A DNA stretch of 27,999 nt, from positions 1 through 27,999 of IMG/VR virus record IMGVR_UViG_3300008107_000405; one strand, written 5' to 3'. The stretch comes from a virus. Its lineage: Duplodnaviria; Caudoviricetes. The translations under genes were made by a program, and so were the position numbers. Of this stretch, positions 1-9,000 are shown in pieces. The notes below the pieces were generated by a model. It saw only the letters and a list, made by a program, of their open reading frames with translations, did not search any database and had not been told where the DNA came from. Numbering within the stretch: the first letter of the stretch is position 1; the number at the start of each line of letters is the position of its first letter.

Positions 1-2
1 AA

Positions 3-44
3 GCTAAATTGAATGAAACATTGTCCTTTACTGACGATTTCTAA
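3..44 (+). CDS. nrdB: Ribonucleotide reductase beta subunit, C-terminal end (partial, runs off left edge)
   Basis: Frame 3 reads AKLNETLSFTDDF*. This resembles the F-x-x-D-(x)-F tail of eukaryote-type class Ia R2 subunits and lies 20 nt upstream of nrdA. Confidence 0.7.
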   Translation, partial: AKLNETLSFTDDF

Positions 45-64
45 TTTATTATTTTTATAGAACT

Positions 65-1894
65 ATGATGTCACTTAAAATTAAAAAGAGAGGTGGAGAT
101 GATGCGTCATTTAACCCACAGAAAATTTATAACCGCATTAAAAGAGCTTCAAAGGGGTTGAGTGTCAACTCCGATGAAATCTTTATTAAGGTTATCACTT
201 CAGTACCAACTGAAGGTATTATTACAACAAAAGAATTAGATAAGTTAATTTATGAAATTGCAGCGGCGTTTACAGGTAGTCATCATGATTACTCAAGATT
301 AGCGTCTTCAGTTGCTATTTCATCTTATCATAAAGAAACTGACCCAAGTTTTTCAAACACAATGAATTTGTTACATGGTGAAGGTATCATCAATGATAAA
401 TTAATGGAAATTATTGAGTCTTACGGACCTGATAAGATTGATGAAGTTATCAATCACGATAATGATTATAACTTCGACTATTTTGCTTGGAGGTCACTTG
501 CTGAGATGTATCTTTTGAAATTGTCAGAAGGTAAAGTAGTTGAACGTCCACAACATATGTATATGAGAGTTGCTCTTTGGGTAACTAATACATTTGAGGA
601 AGCGGTTGAGTATTACCAAGCGTTATCAACACAAAGAATATCTCCGGCAACACCAATTATGATTAACGCTGGTACTAAAACACCACAACTTGCTTCTTGT
701 GTTCTTCATTACAATGATTCGGATTCAAGAGAAGGTTTGTTAAACACTATGAGAGATATCTCAACCTACTCATCGGATGCTGCGGGTATCGGACTATCAA
801 TGTCTAACATTCGTAGTAAGGAGAGTCGTATTTCATCTTCAGGTGGATATGCTGGTGGATTGTTGAAGTATCTTAAAATTGTTAACGAGTCACTTCGTTT
901 CTTTAACCAACAAGGACGTAGACCTGGTTCTGCGGCAATTTACTTGGAACCTTGGCACAAAGATATCTTTGACTTATTAGATATTAAAAAGAACACAGGT
1001 GCTGAGGAATTAAGAGCCCGTGATTTGTTTACCTCACTATGGATTCCTGATAATTTTATGAATGCGGTTAAAAATAACGACGATTGGTATTTGTTCTGTC
1101 CTAACGATATTATTAAGGCTGGTATTAAACCATTACAAGAAAGTTATGGTGATGAGTATGAAACTAACTATAACAAAGCAGTTGAGTTAGGTCTTGGTAA
1201 GAAAGTTAAGGCTCAGGAAATTTGGAATAAGATTATTGAATCACAAGTTGAAACAGGTGTTCCATATTTATGTTCTAAAGATAGTGCTAACAGAAAGACA
1301 AACCATCAGAACATTGGTGTTATCAAACAATCAAATCTTTGTAATGAAATCTATCAATACACAGATGAGAAAACTACTGCTATTTGTACTTTATCATCTA
1401 TGGTATTAAAGAACTATGTAAAAGATGGTGAGTTTGATTTCCAAGGATTATATGACGAAACCCGTAAGGTTGTAAGAGCATTGAACAAAGTTGTTAATAT
1501 CAATAATTACTCAACTGAAAAAGGTCATACTGGTGGATTACTACAAAGAGCAATCGCTATTGGTACACAAGGTCTTGCTGACGTATTTTATTTAATGGAT
1601 TACATCTTCACATCTGAAGAAGCTCGTAAATTGAACAAAGAAATTTTTGAAACAATCTATTTTGCGGCAATCACTGAAAGTAACAGATTGTGTATGGATG
1701 GTAAGTATGAACCGTATGCTTACTTTAAAGGGTCACCAATGTCACAAGGAGTATTCCAATTTGATATGTGGGGATTAAACGAAAATGAATTATCAGGAAG
1801 ATGGCCATGGTCAACTCTGAAAGAGAATGTTAGTAAGTATGGAGTTTGTAACTCATTATTTACCGCTCAAATGCCTGTGATTAAACGAAAATGA
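65..1894 (+). CDS. nrdA: Class Ia ribonucleotide reductase alpha subunit, N-terminal part (residues 1-605, then frameshifted by a tandem duplication)
   Basis: Contains an N-terminal ATP cone (KIKKRGG..FNPQKIYNRI), ERPQHMYMRVA, SPATP, QLASC, RRPGSAAIYLEPWH, the catalytic SNLCNEI and AICTLSS. It ends AQMPV-IKRK because of the 106-bp duplication. Confidence 0.95.
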   Translation: MMSLKIKKRGGDDASFNPQKIYNRIKRASKGLSVNSDEIFIKVITSVPTEGIITTKELDKLIYEIAAAFTGSHHDYSRLASSVAISSYHKETDPSFSNTMNLLHGEGIINDKLMEIIESYGPDKIDEVINHDNDYNFDYFAWRSLAEMYLLKLSEGKVVERPQHMYMRVALWVTNTFEEAVEYYQALSTQRISPATPIMINAGTKTPQLASCVLHYNDSDSREGLLNTMRDISTYSSDAAGIGLSMSNIRSKESRISSSGGYAGGLLKYLKIVNESLRFFNQQGRRPGSAAIYLEPWHKDIFDLLDIKKNTGAEELRARDLFTSLWIPDNFMNAVKNNDDWYLFCPNDIIKAGIKPLQESYGDEYETNYNKAVELGLGKKVKAQEIWNKIIESQVETGVPYLCSKDSANRKTNHQNIGVIKQSNLCNEIYQYTDEKTTAICTLSSMVLKNYVKDGEFDFQGLYDETRKVVRALNKVVNINNYSTEKGHTGGLLQRAIAIGTQGLADVFYLMDYIFTSEEARKLNKEIFETIYFAAITESNRLCMDGKYEPYAYFKGSPMSQGVFQFDMWGLNENELSGRWPWSTLKENVSKYGVCNSLFTAQMPVIKRK

Positions 1895-1984
1895 ATTATC
1901 AGGAAGATGGCCATGGTCAACTCTGAAAGAGAATGTTAGTAAGTATGGAGTTTGTAACTCATTATTTACCGCTCAAATGCCTGT
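1773..1984 (+). repeat. Perfect direct tandem duplication, 2 x 106 bp (1773-1878 and 1879-1984), inside nrdA
   Basis: gattaaacgaaaatgaattatcagg...accgctcaaatgcctgt occurs twice back to back. 106 is not a multiple of 3. Removing one copy gives a continuous 2433-nt ORF (810 aa). Confidence 0.97.
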
Positions 1985-2603
1985 AGCTTCTTCAGCTAAG
2001 ATTACAGGTTCATATGAAATGACTGAACCCGCTCACTCGGCAATCTTTAATAGACGTGTGGTTGGAGGAGAGATTATGATTGTTAACAAGTATTTGATTA
2101 GTGATTTTGAGAAGATTGGAATTTGGTCTGAAGACTTAAAGAATGAAATTATTATGAACGAAGGTTCAATTCAAAATATTAATTTCAACAACTACCTTGA
2201 CCAAGAAGATAAGAGATATAACTTCAAAGTTAAAAGAACTGAACATTTAATTAAGAAGTACAAAACAATTTGGGAGATTTCACAAAGAGAATTGATTGAG
2301 ATGGCAGCAGACAGGGCTCCATTTATTGACCAATCACAATCAATGAATATCTACATGTCAAACCCAACATTGTCTAAGATTTCATCATCACATTTCTACG
2401 GATGGGAAAAAGGATTGAAAACACTTTGTTACTACGTTAGAACAAGAGCAATATCAACGGGGGCTAAACACTTGGCTATGGACGTATCAAAAATAAACAA
2501 ACCAAAGACAACTCCTGAACCACCAAAGGTAGATTATACTTATATGAATTTACCACCAAAACCTGAAAATAGTGAATTTGATTGTTTTGGATGTTCTTCT
2601 TAA
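1977..2603 (+). CDS. nrdA: Class Ia ribonucleotide reductase alpha subunit, C-terminal part (residues 603-810)
   Basis: Contains MPVASSAKITG, FIDQSQSMN, GLKTLCYYVRTR (radical-transfer YY pair) and a C-terminal CxxC (CFGCSS). Confidence 0.93.
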   Translation: MPVASSAKITGSYEMTEPAHSAIFNRRVVGGEIMIVNKYLISDFEKIGIWSEDLKNEIIMNEGSIQNINFNNYLDQEDKRYNFKVKRTEHLIKKYKTIWEISQRELIEMAADRAPFIDQSQSMNIYMSNPTLSKISSSHFYGWEKGLKTLCYYVRTRAISTGAKHLAMDVSKINKPKTTPEPPKVDYTYMNLPPKPENSEFDCFGCSS

Positions 2604-2620
2604 AAAAAATCCGATGTGTT

Positions 2621-2644
2621 ATCCCGAGCTAGGTCGGGATTTTT
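2621..2644 (+). terminator. Probable intrinsic terminator after nrdA
   Basis: Stem atcccga (2621-2627), loop gctagg, stem tcgggat (2634-2640), followed by a T-rich tract (ttttatctttt). Confidence 0.7.
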
Positions 2645-2655
2645 ATCTTTTGAAA

Positions 2656-2662
2656 TATTTAT
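2656..2662 (+). promoter_or_regulatory. TATTTAT element (candidate phage late promoter)
   Basis: Lies 7 nt before ATG 2670. The same heptamer is in four other intergenic gaps. Confidence 0.4.
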
Positions 2663-2669
2663 GTTTAAT

Positions 2670-3446
2670 ATGAAACAACAAATAAGAGAAGAAATTGAAA
2701 AAATAAGAAATATGATGATTTCTGAAGAGATGGTCCAAGATGATGGATTTAAGGCTCTAAAAGAAACAATAAATGAACTTTCTAAAAAGAAAAAAGTTCT
2801 TTTATTAAGTTGCTCAAACAGATTTAATTGGGATGATAATAATATCGATATTCCTAAGTCAAGAATTTTAGCGTTATATATTAATGAAGAACTTAAAGAT
2901 AATTCAACTTTTATTGATATTTCTGAATTAAAAATTTTCCCTTGTGAAGGTAATGTTTCAAGAGAAGAAGGTAATAGTTGTGGAGTGTTAAAATCATTAT
3001 TGAAAGATGATAAAAAAAATCCATCAGGAAATCATAGATGTTGGGCTAGTTTAAATAATAAATCTGATGAGTTATGGAAAGTTTCTAAAGAACTTTTTGA
3101 ATCTGATGTTGTATTATTTTTTAGTTCAGTAAGATGGGGTCAAGCAAATATGTATTATCAAAATTTAATAGAACGTTTAACTTGGATTCAAAATAGACAT
3201 AGTACTTTGGGTGAAAAAAATGTAGTTGAGAATATTGAAAGTGGTTTCATTTGTGTTGGCCAAAATTGGAATGGTGAAAATGTTACAGAAGTTCAGAAGA
3301 ATGTACATGAATTTTATGGGTTTAAAACAAATGATAAATTGTACTGGAATTGGCAATATACCAAAGACGAAAACGATGAAACACAAAAATCGTATAAAAA
3401 AAGTTACAACAAGTTTTACAAAGATTTTAAAATTGATGGTAAGTAA
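2670..3446 (+). CDS. Flavodoxin-fold NAD(P)H-dependent FMN reductase / iron-sulfur flavoprotein-like (WrbA-type) protein with a charged N-terminal extension
   Basis: Motifs KKVLLLSCSNR, FIDISELKIFPCEG, DELWKVSKELFESDVVLFFSSVRWG and YQNLIERL fit the multimeric flavodoxin family. The start is moved from 2616 to 2670 because 2616-2669 spans the terminator. ATG 2661 is also in frame. Confidence 0.75.
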   Translation: MKQQIREEIEKIRNMMISEEMVQDDGFKALKETINELSKKKKVLLLSCSNRFNWDDNNIDIPKSRILALYINEELKDNSTFIDISELKIFPCEGNVSREEGNSCGVLKSLLKDDKKNPSGNHRCWASLNNKSDELWKVSKELFESDVVLFFSSVRWGQANMYYQNLIERLTWIQNRHSTLGEKNVVENIESGFICVGQNWNGENVTEVQKNVHEFYGFKTNDKLYWNWQYTKDENDETQKSYKKSYNKFYKDFKIDGK

Positions 3447-3609
3447 GATTGGATTTTTTAAATACGAAAATTTAATGAGTAAAAATAGTTTTGATTTACC
3501 ATATTATCCTATTGATGAAAGTATTTTAAAATCCGTAAAACATTTTAAATATGAAATGGAAAATGAGTTACCAAAAAAAATTAATGGAAAATATGTGGTT
3601 TTGATTTAA
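3436..3609 (+). CDS. Small hypothetical protein (57 aa, MVSKIGFFKYENL...)
   Basis: 3' part of the 3226..3609 ORF. ATG 3436 overlaps the end of the flavoprotein gene and the ORF fills the gap up to the gp25-like gene. Confidence 0.5.
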   Translation: MVSKIGFFKYENLMSKNSFDLPYYPIDESILKSVKHFKYEMENELPKKINGKYVVLI

Positions 3610-3613
3610 AAAG

Positions 3614-3620
3614 TATTTAT
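3614..3620 (+). promoter_or_regulatory. TATTTAT element (candidate phage late promoter)
   Basis: In the 16-nt gap, 5 nt before the gp25-like ATG 3626. Confidence 0.45.
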
Positions 3621-3625
3621 TTAAT

Positions 3626-4084
3626 ATGGCAGAAGGTAAAACATACGGTATAAATTTCCCATTCCAAGATTCAAGATATGGAAATTATTTTAGTTTATCA
3701 CAAACTAATGATGATGATATTAGGTCTAGTTTAATACATTTAATATTAACGAGAAAAGGTTCAAGATATTACCTTCCTGATTTTGGGACTCGTCTTTACG
3801 AATATATTTTTGAACCATTGGACGGTCCTACATTTTCGGATATTGAATCTGAAATTAGAGAATCGGTTGATGAGTACTTACCAAGTATTACAATAACAAA
3901 TATTGAAATTAAAGATGCTTCAACAGGATTAGAAAATAAAGGAACTTACATTAATGATAATGACGAAAGAGTTTTCAAGGTTCCTGGAATATCTGATTTA
4001 GAACACACAGCTAAAATAAAAATTGATTACAGAATTAATAATGACGCTTTCAATCAGAGTGATTTTGTGATTATTAATATTTAA
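3626..4084 (+). CDS. Baseplate wedge / sheath-initiator protein, GPW/gp25 family
   Basis: GINFPF..IRSSLIHLILTRKGSRYYLPDFGTRLYEYIFEPLD is the typical gp25/GPW pattern. It is 152 aa and directly upstream of a gp6-like gene. Confidence 0.9.
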   Translation: MAEGKTYGINFPFQDSRYGNYFSLSQTNDDDIRSSLIHLILTRKGSRYYLPDFGTRLYEYIFEPLDGPTFSDIESEIRESVDEYLPSITITNIEIKDASTGLENKGTYINDNDERVFKVPGISDLEHTAKIKIDYRINNDAFNQSDFVIINI

Positions 4085-4090
4085 GGATAT

Positions 4091-5929
4091 ATGGCAAACA
4101 AAAAGATATCTTATACTACAAGAGATTTTCAACAAATAAGAAACGAATTAATCAATTTTACAAAAACGTATTATCCTGATTTAGTTGATAATTTTAACGA
4201 CGCTTCTGTTTTTTCAGCACTTTTAGATTTAAATGCTGCGGTATCTGACAACTTACAGTTCAATATTGACAGAAGTATTCAGGAGACAGTTTTACAATAC
4301 GCTCAACAAAAATCATCAATATATAATATTGCTCGAACTTATGGATTAAAGATACCTGGACAAAGACCTTCAGTTGCTTTAGTTGATTTTTCAATCACAG
4401 TTCCTGCTTTTGGTGATAAAGAAGATGTTAGATATTGTGGTATTTTAAGAAGAGGTTCTCAAGTGTTAGGTGCTGGACAAATTTTTGAAAATGTATATGA
4501 TATTGATTTTGCTTCACCTGTAAATGCTGAAGGATTTCCAAACAGATTAAAAATACCAAATTTTGATGCTAATAATAAACTTTTAAATTATACTATTGTT
4601 AAAAGAGAAACAGTAGTTAATGGTCAAACAAAAGTTTATAAAAAAGTTATTACATCAAACGATGTTAAACCATTTTATGAATTATTTTTACCTGAAAAAA
4701 ATGTTTTAGGTGTTACAAGTGTACTTTTAAAAGACGGTACTCAATATGCAAATGTACCAAGTCCTCAAGAGTTTATAGGTCTTGATAATAGATGGTACGA
4801 AGTTCAGGCTTTGGCGGAAAATAGAGTTTTTGTTGAAGACCCTACTAAAGTATCTGACAGTCCAGGTATTAAAGTTGGAAAATATATTGAAACAAGTACT
4901 AAATTTATGTCAGAATTCACACCTGAAGGATTTTGTAAAATGACTTTTGGTGGTGGTAGTCAATCTGCTGATGAACAATTAAGAGAGTTTGCTAGAAATG
5001 GATATAAATTGAATTTGTATAAATATTCAAATAATTTTGCTTTAGGGTCAACATTAAAGGCGAATACTACATTATTTGTTCAGTATAGAGTTGGTGGTGG
5101 AGTATCTTCAAATTTAGGTGTTAACGTTATTACTCAAATAGGTAATGTTTCATTTTATGTAAACGGACCATCAGCAAATATAAACAATATAACAATTAAT
5201 TCACTTCGTTGTACAAATGTTACTGCTGCTATAGGTGGAGCGAACAACCCAACAATAGAAGAAGTAAGAAATTTAGTTTCATTTAATTTTGCGGCTCAAA
5301 ACAGAGCGGTTACGGTGAACGATTATGATTCTATTATAAGAACAATGCCTTCACAGTTTGGAGCACCTGCAAAAGTTGCGATAACTGAAGATAATAACAA
5401 AATTAGAGTAAAAATGTTGTCATATGATAATAATGGAACTTTAACTGAAGTTATATCAAACACATTAAAAAGTAATGTTGCAAATTATCTGTCTAATTAT
5501 AGGATGATTAATGATTATATTTCAATTGAAAGTGCTAACGTTATTGATTTAGCGTTAAACATTGATGTTGTATTGGATAATAGTCAAAATCAAGGAGCGG
5601 TAATCTCTCAATTAATTAGTATTGTTAGTACATTCTTTGACCCTGGTACAAGAAATATGGGTGAGAATGTGTATATCTCTGATTTGAGACGTTTAGTACA
5701 AGATGAAAATGGAGTTATATCTGTTTCAGATATCCAAGTGTTTAACAGAGTTGGTGGTCAATATTCGTCATCACAAACATCACAATCATATTCTGATAAT
5801 ACAACAAAACAAATCCAATTGGTTGATGATACTATTTTTGCTCAACCAACACAAATTTATCAAGTAAGATTCGCAACCAAAGATATTACAATTAGAGTTA
5901 AAAATCTTACTACCGTTAACTTTTCTTGA
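4091..5929 (+). CDS. Baseplate wedge subunit, T4 gp6 / baseplate-J-like
   Basis: N-terminal YTTRDFQQIRNELINF..DNFNDAS..ALLDLNAAVSDNLQF..QETVLQYAQQKSSIYNIARTYG and C-terminal YRVGGG..SN, GGANNPTIEEVR..AAQNRAVTVNDY. Length 612 aa. Confidence 0.9.
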   Translation: MANKKISYTTRDFQQIRNELINFTKTYYPDLVDNFNDASVFSALLDLNAAVSDNLQFNIDRSIQETVLQYAQQKSSIYNIARTYGLKIPGQRPSVALVDFSITVPAFGDKEDVRYCGILRRGSQVLGAGQIFENVYDIDFASPVNAEGFPNRLKIPNFDANNKLLNYTIVKRETVVNGQTKVYKKVITSNDVKPFYELFLPEKNVLGVTSVLLKDGTQYANVPSPQEFIGLDNRWYEVQALAENRVFVEDPTKVSDSPGIKVGKYIETSTKFMSEFTPEGFCKMTFGGGSQSADEQLREFARNGYKLNLYKYSNNFALGSTLKANTTLFVQYRVGGGVSSNLGVNVITQIGNVSFYVNGPSANINNITINSLRCTNVTAAIGGANNPTIEEVRNLVSFNFAAQNRAVTVNDYDSIIRTMPSQFGAPAKVAITEDNNKIRVKMLSYDNNGTLTEVISNTLKSNVANYLSNYRMINDYISIESANVIDLALNIDVVLDNSQNQGAVISQLISIVSTFFDPGTRNMGENVYISDLRRLVQDENGVISVSDIQVFNRVGGQYSSSQTSQSYSDNTTKQIQLVDDTIFAQPTQIYQVRFATKDITIRVKNLTTVNFS

Positions 5930-5932
5930 TAA

Positions 5933-5980
5933 TTTATTTTAGAAATTTTTATCTTATCTTTTTTAAAAATTTCAAATAAA
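5933..5980. other. AT-rich intergenic inverted repeat (17 bp of stem, 2-nt bulge, 12-nt loop)
   Basis: tttattt (5933-39) pairs with aaataaa (5974-80), and gaaattttta (5942-51) pairs with taaaaatttc (5964-73). Confidence 0.55.
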
Positions 5981-5981
5981 C

Positions 5982-5988
5982 TATTTAT
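5982..5988 (+). promoter_or_regulatory. TATTTAT element (candidate phage late promoter)
   Basis: 13 nt before ATG 6002, immediately after the hairpin. Confidence 0.45.
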
Positions 5989-6001
5989 GAAAAAAAGTTA
6001 A

Positions 6002-9000
6002 ATGTCAGATTCATATAGAATAAGAACACAAGTAGGTGTTGACAAATCAGTTAGAGTACAGTTAGACCAAGATTTTGAGTCTTTAGAAATATTATCTTTA
6101 AAGATTTTACAGAGTGATATTTATACTCGACAATGTTCTGATTATGGGGTAGTTGTTGGTAGGGTTACAGTTAACAATGGTTTAGGTATACCTAACGCAA
6201 GAATATCTGTTTTTATACCGTTATCTGATGATGATTCAAATAATCCAATCATATCTTCATTATATCCTTATAAAAGTTTAAATGAGTTAAACGATGATGG
6301 TTTTAGGTATAATTTATTACCTTATGAAAAACAACACGGTGGACATAATCCGACAGGTACTTTTTTCAATAGAGAGGACGTTTTAATTAACCCTTCATTT
6401 ATTGAAGTTTATGACAAGTATTATAGGTACACATGTCAAACAAATGAGAGTGGTGATTATATGATTTTTGGGGTACCAATCGGTACTCAAACTATACACG
6501 TTGATATTGATTTATCTGACATTGGTGAATTTTCTTTATCACCACAAGACTTAGTAAGACTTGGGTTTGCAAATGAGAATCAACTAAATGGAACAGAATT
6601 TAAAAGTTCTTTTAATTTTGCCGATTTACCTCAAATTGTTACTATTAATAGAACTTTAGAGGTTGAGCCATTTTGGGGACAACCTGAAATTTGTAATTTA
6701 GGTATTACAAGAACTGACTTTGATTTACAACAAGAATTAGGTTTAAAAATTGAACCTACTGCAATTTTTATGGGTTCAATCATTTCAAATGTTGATGAGG
6801 CAATTCTAAAACAAAATTGTAATGTTAAACCAAAGTTAGGTGAAAAATGTAGTTTAATTGCGGGTCCTGGTCAAATTTTGGCAATTCGTCAAACAATATT
6901 TTCAGATAATTTAGGTAGACCAATATTAGAAGAATATAAATTAGAACAGGGTGGTAAATGTATTGATGAAAATGGAACATGGTTAATTGATGTTCCGATG
7001 AATTTAGAATATGTCACTACTAATGAATATGGAGAAAGAGTTATTTCACTTGACCCAAAAACCGGAGTACCAACTAAGGCAAAATATAGATTTAAAATTA
7101 AATGGGACCAACCTTCAAGTTTTGATTATATAGTTAGAAGAGGTAATTTTTTAGCCCCAAATATTAAAGAATGGGGTTGGATTGACCCTGACAATGACCC
7201 AAGTTATTTAGATACTTATGATGATACTTTATGTAAACAACCAAACTTAAATGATTATAATGATTCAAATTATAGACAAGTTAAAGCGTCATACGCATTT
7301 AGTTTAAATTGGGATGACTATGCGGAATTAGATACTTTTGGTAATGTAACATCAACAGGTCAATTAATGATTGATGATGCTATTTCATGTAGAGACAGAT
7401 TTTATTATATGACATATAATAAAGTTTATTCAGTTTCCCAATTATTAACTGAATACAGGTCACAAAAGGGAAATAGGAAATACATAGGAATAAAAAATAT
7501 TACTAATGAAGACTGTAACGGCACAGCTAACAAATTTCCATCAAATGACGGACAAAAGGAACCTTCTTTTTTATATACAATTCTTAATTTTTTACTCAGT
7601 TTATTACTAGTGAACTTGATTGCAATTGTATTTGTTATACACATATTAATTGCTATTGTATGTCTTTTATCATATATTGTTTGGTTTATAAAATTAATTG
7701 TTTGTTCATTATATGATTTTTTTAATTGGTTAACCAATTTAGAAATTGCTGGGTTTACACCTTTTGACGGTGGGTTTATCGGTGGTATTGCTTTTTTATT
7801 AGAACAAGGTTGTAATGCGTTAACATCCGCTTACGAATTTTTAGATGACACATGTAAAGGTTTTACATTAAATTTACCAATGTATACTTATCCTGACTGT
7901 GAGTTCTGTGACTGTAGTCCCGCTGAAATCGGTGGTGAAGTATCACCTTCAGATGTTGGAGGTGGTGGTATAAGTACCTTCAATGAAAATAACGGTAATA
8001 TGTTTACCTTTTTATCACAAATTAATTTACCAGGAAGTTATACGTGTGGTAATACTTCTTTAAATAATTTAATTTCAGGATTTGAAAATAGAGTACCATC
8101 ACTTCAAGGGGGTCCAAGTTCATATTATTTCACATCTAGTTTACATTTTTCAGAAAGACTAAATCTTTATAATACTAAAGCAAAGTATTTTAACGAAAGT
8201 ACTGAAAATCCTGGTGGTGGTTGGAATAGAGTTAAAGTTAGTTTTAACGTAAATATGAATGACCCTGAAACACAATGGCATTTAGATAACATTGTTGTTT
8301 TGATGATTAATCCTGACTCGGAAATGGATTACACTACTGGTAACTTAATAACATTTCAGGATTACAAACGTTCAACAGACCCGAATTTAACGGGTAGTAC
8401 TGTAGTGAATAGTTTTAATAATAACGCTATAACAGGTACACCAACAGGTTTTATTACAGGACCTGAAGGTTCTGAATATTATCAAGAACCTATTACAGTT
8501 TCATATGCTAATCCTGACGGTTCAGGTAATTTGAGTCAACTTTATTTAATAACAGGGGCGACAGATGATGCTAATTATTGTAAATTCCCAATTGATTTGG
8601 AATATTTCCAAATTATACATAGTAGTTCAGTTTCTGACTTTATTGCTGATAGTAATCCGAGTGAATTAAATACATTAACTAACAGATTTTTAAATAATTA
8701 TTCTTTGGTTACCCAAATCGATGGTAGTGGTAGTGTTTTTTCAAATGAGTCACAAACAACTATTAATAATTCTTGTTTTAATAATTTTGGTAATCAAATA
8801 TTGGTATTTTTAGTTAGGGGTGTTGACCCAAATTCAACTAGAACTACTTGTCAGTTTGACGTAAGTAGACTTTATGGTTATGATGTTGATTTTAATACAA
8901 CTTGGAATCCTTTATATACAATTTCAGGACAATTTAAGTTAAACATACCAATACAAGGAAGTTATAGATGTGTTCGTCATAATGACCCTTCAATAATTGC

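Noticed and set aside
1773-1984. Intron, intein, homing endonuclease or DGR template/variable repeat in nrdA
   Set aside because: The extra DNA is an exact copy of adjacent coding sequence. There is no foreign ORF, no splice-type structure, no adenine-specific mismatches and no reverse transcriptase in the window.
65-2603. Eukaryotic or giant-virus origin suggested by the eukaryote-like R1 sequence
   Set aside because: This NrdA type also occurs in Bacteroidota and their phages. The adjacent gp25/gp6 baseplate genes and overlapping operon structure indicate a tailed phage.
2616-2669. 5' extension of the flavoprotein ORF (MLSRARSG...)
   Set aside because: It starts at GTG and runs through the terminator hairpin. 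ATG 2670 (or 2661) is more plausible.
3226-3435. 5' part of the 127-aa ORF 3226..3609
   Set aside because: It overlaps the flavoprotein gene out of frame. Only the part from ATG 3436 is retained.
2670-3446. NrdI (class Ib RNR flavodoxin)
   Set aside because: It is too long and has WrbA/Isf-type motifs. The RNR has an ATP cone and class Ia features, and a terminator separates the genes.
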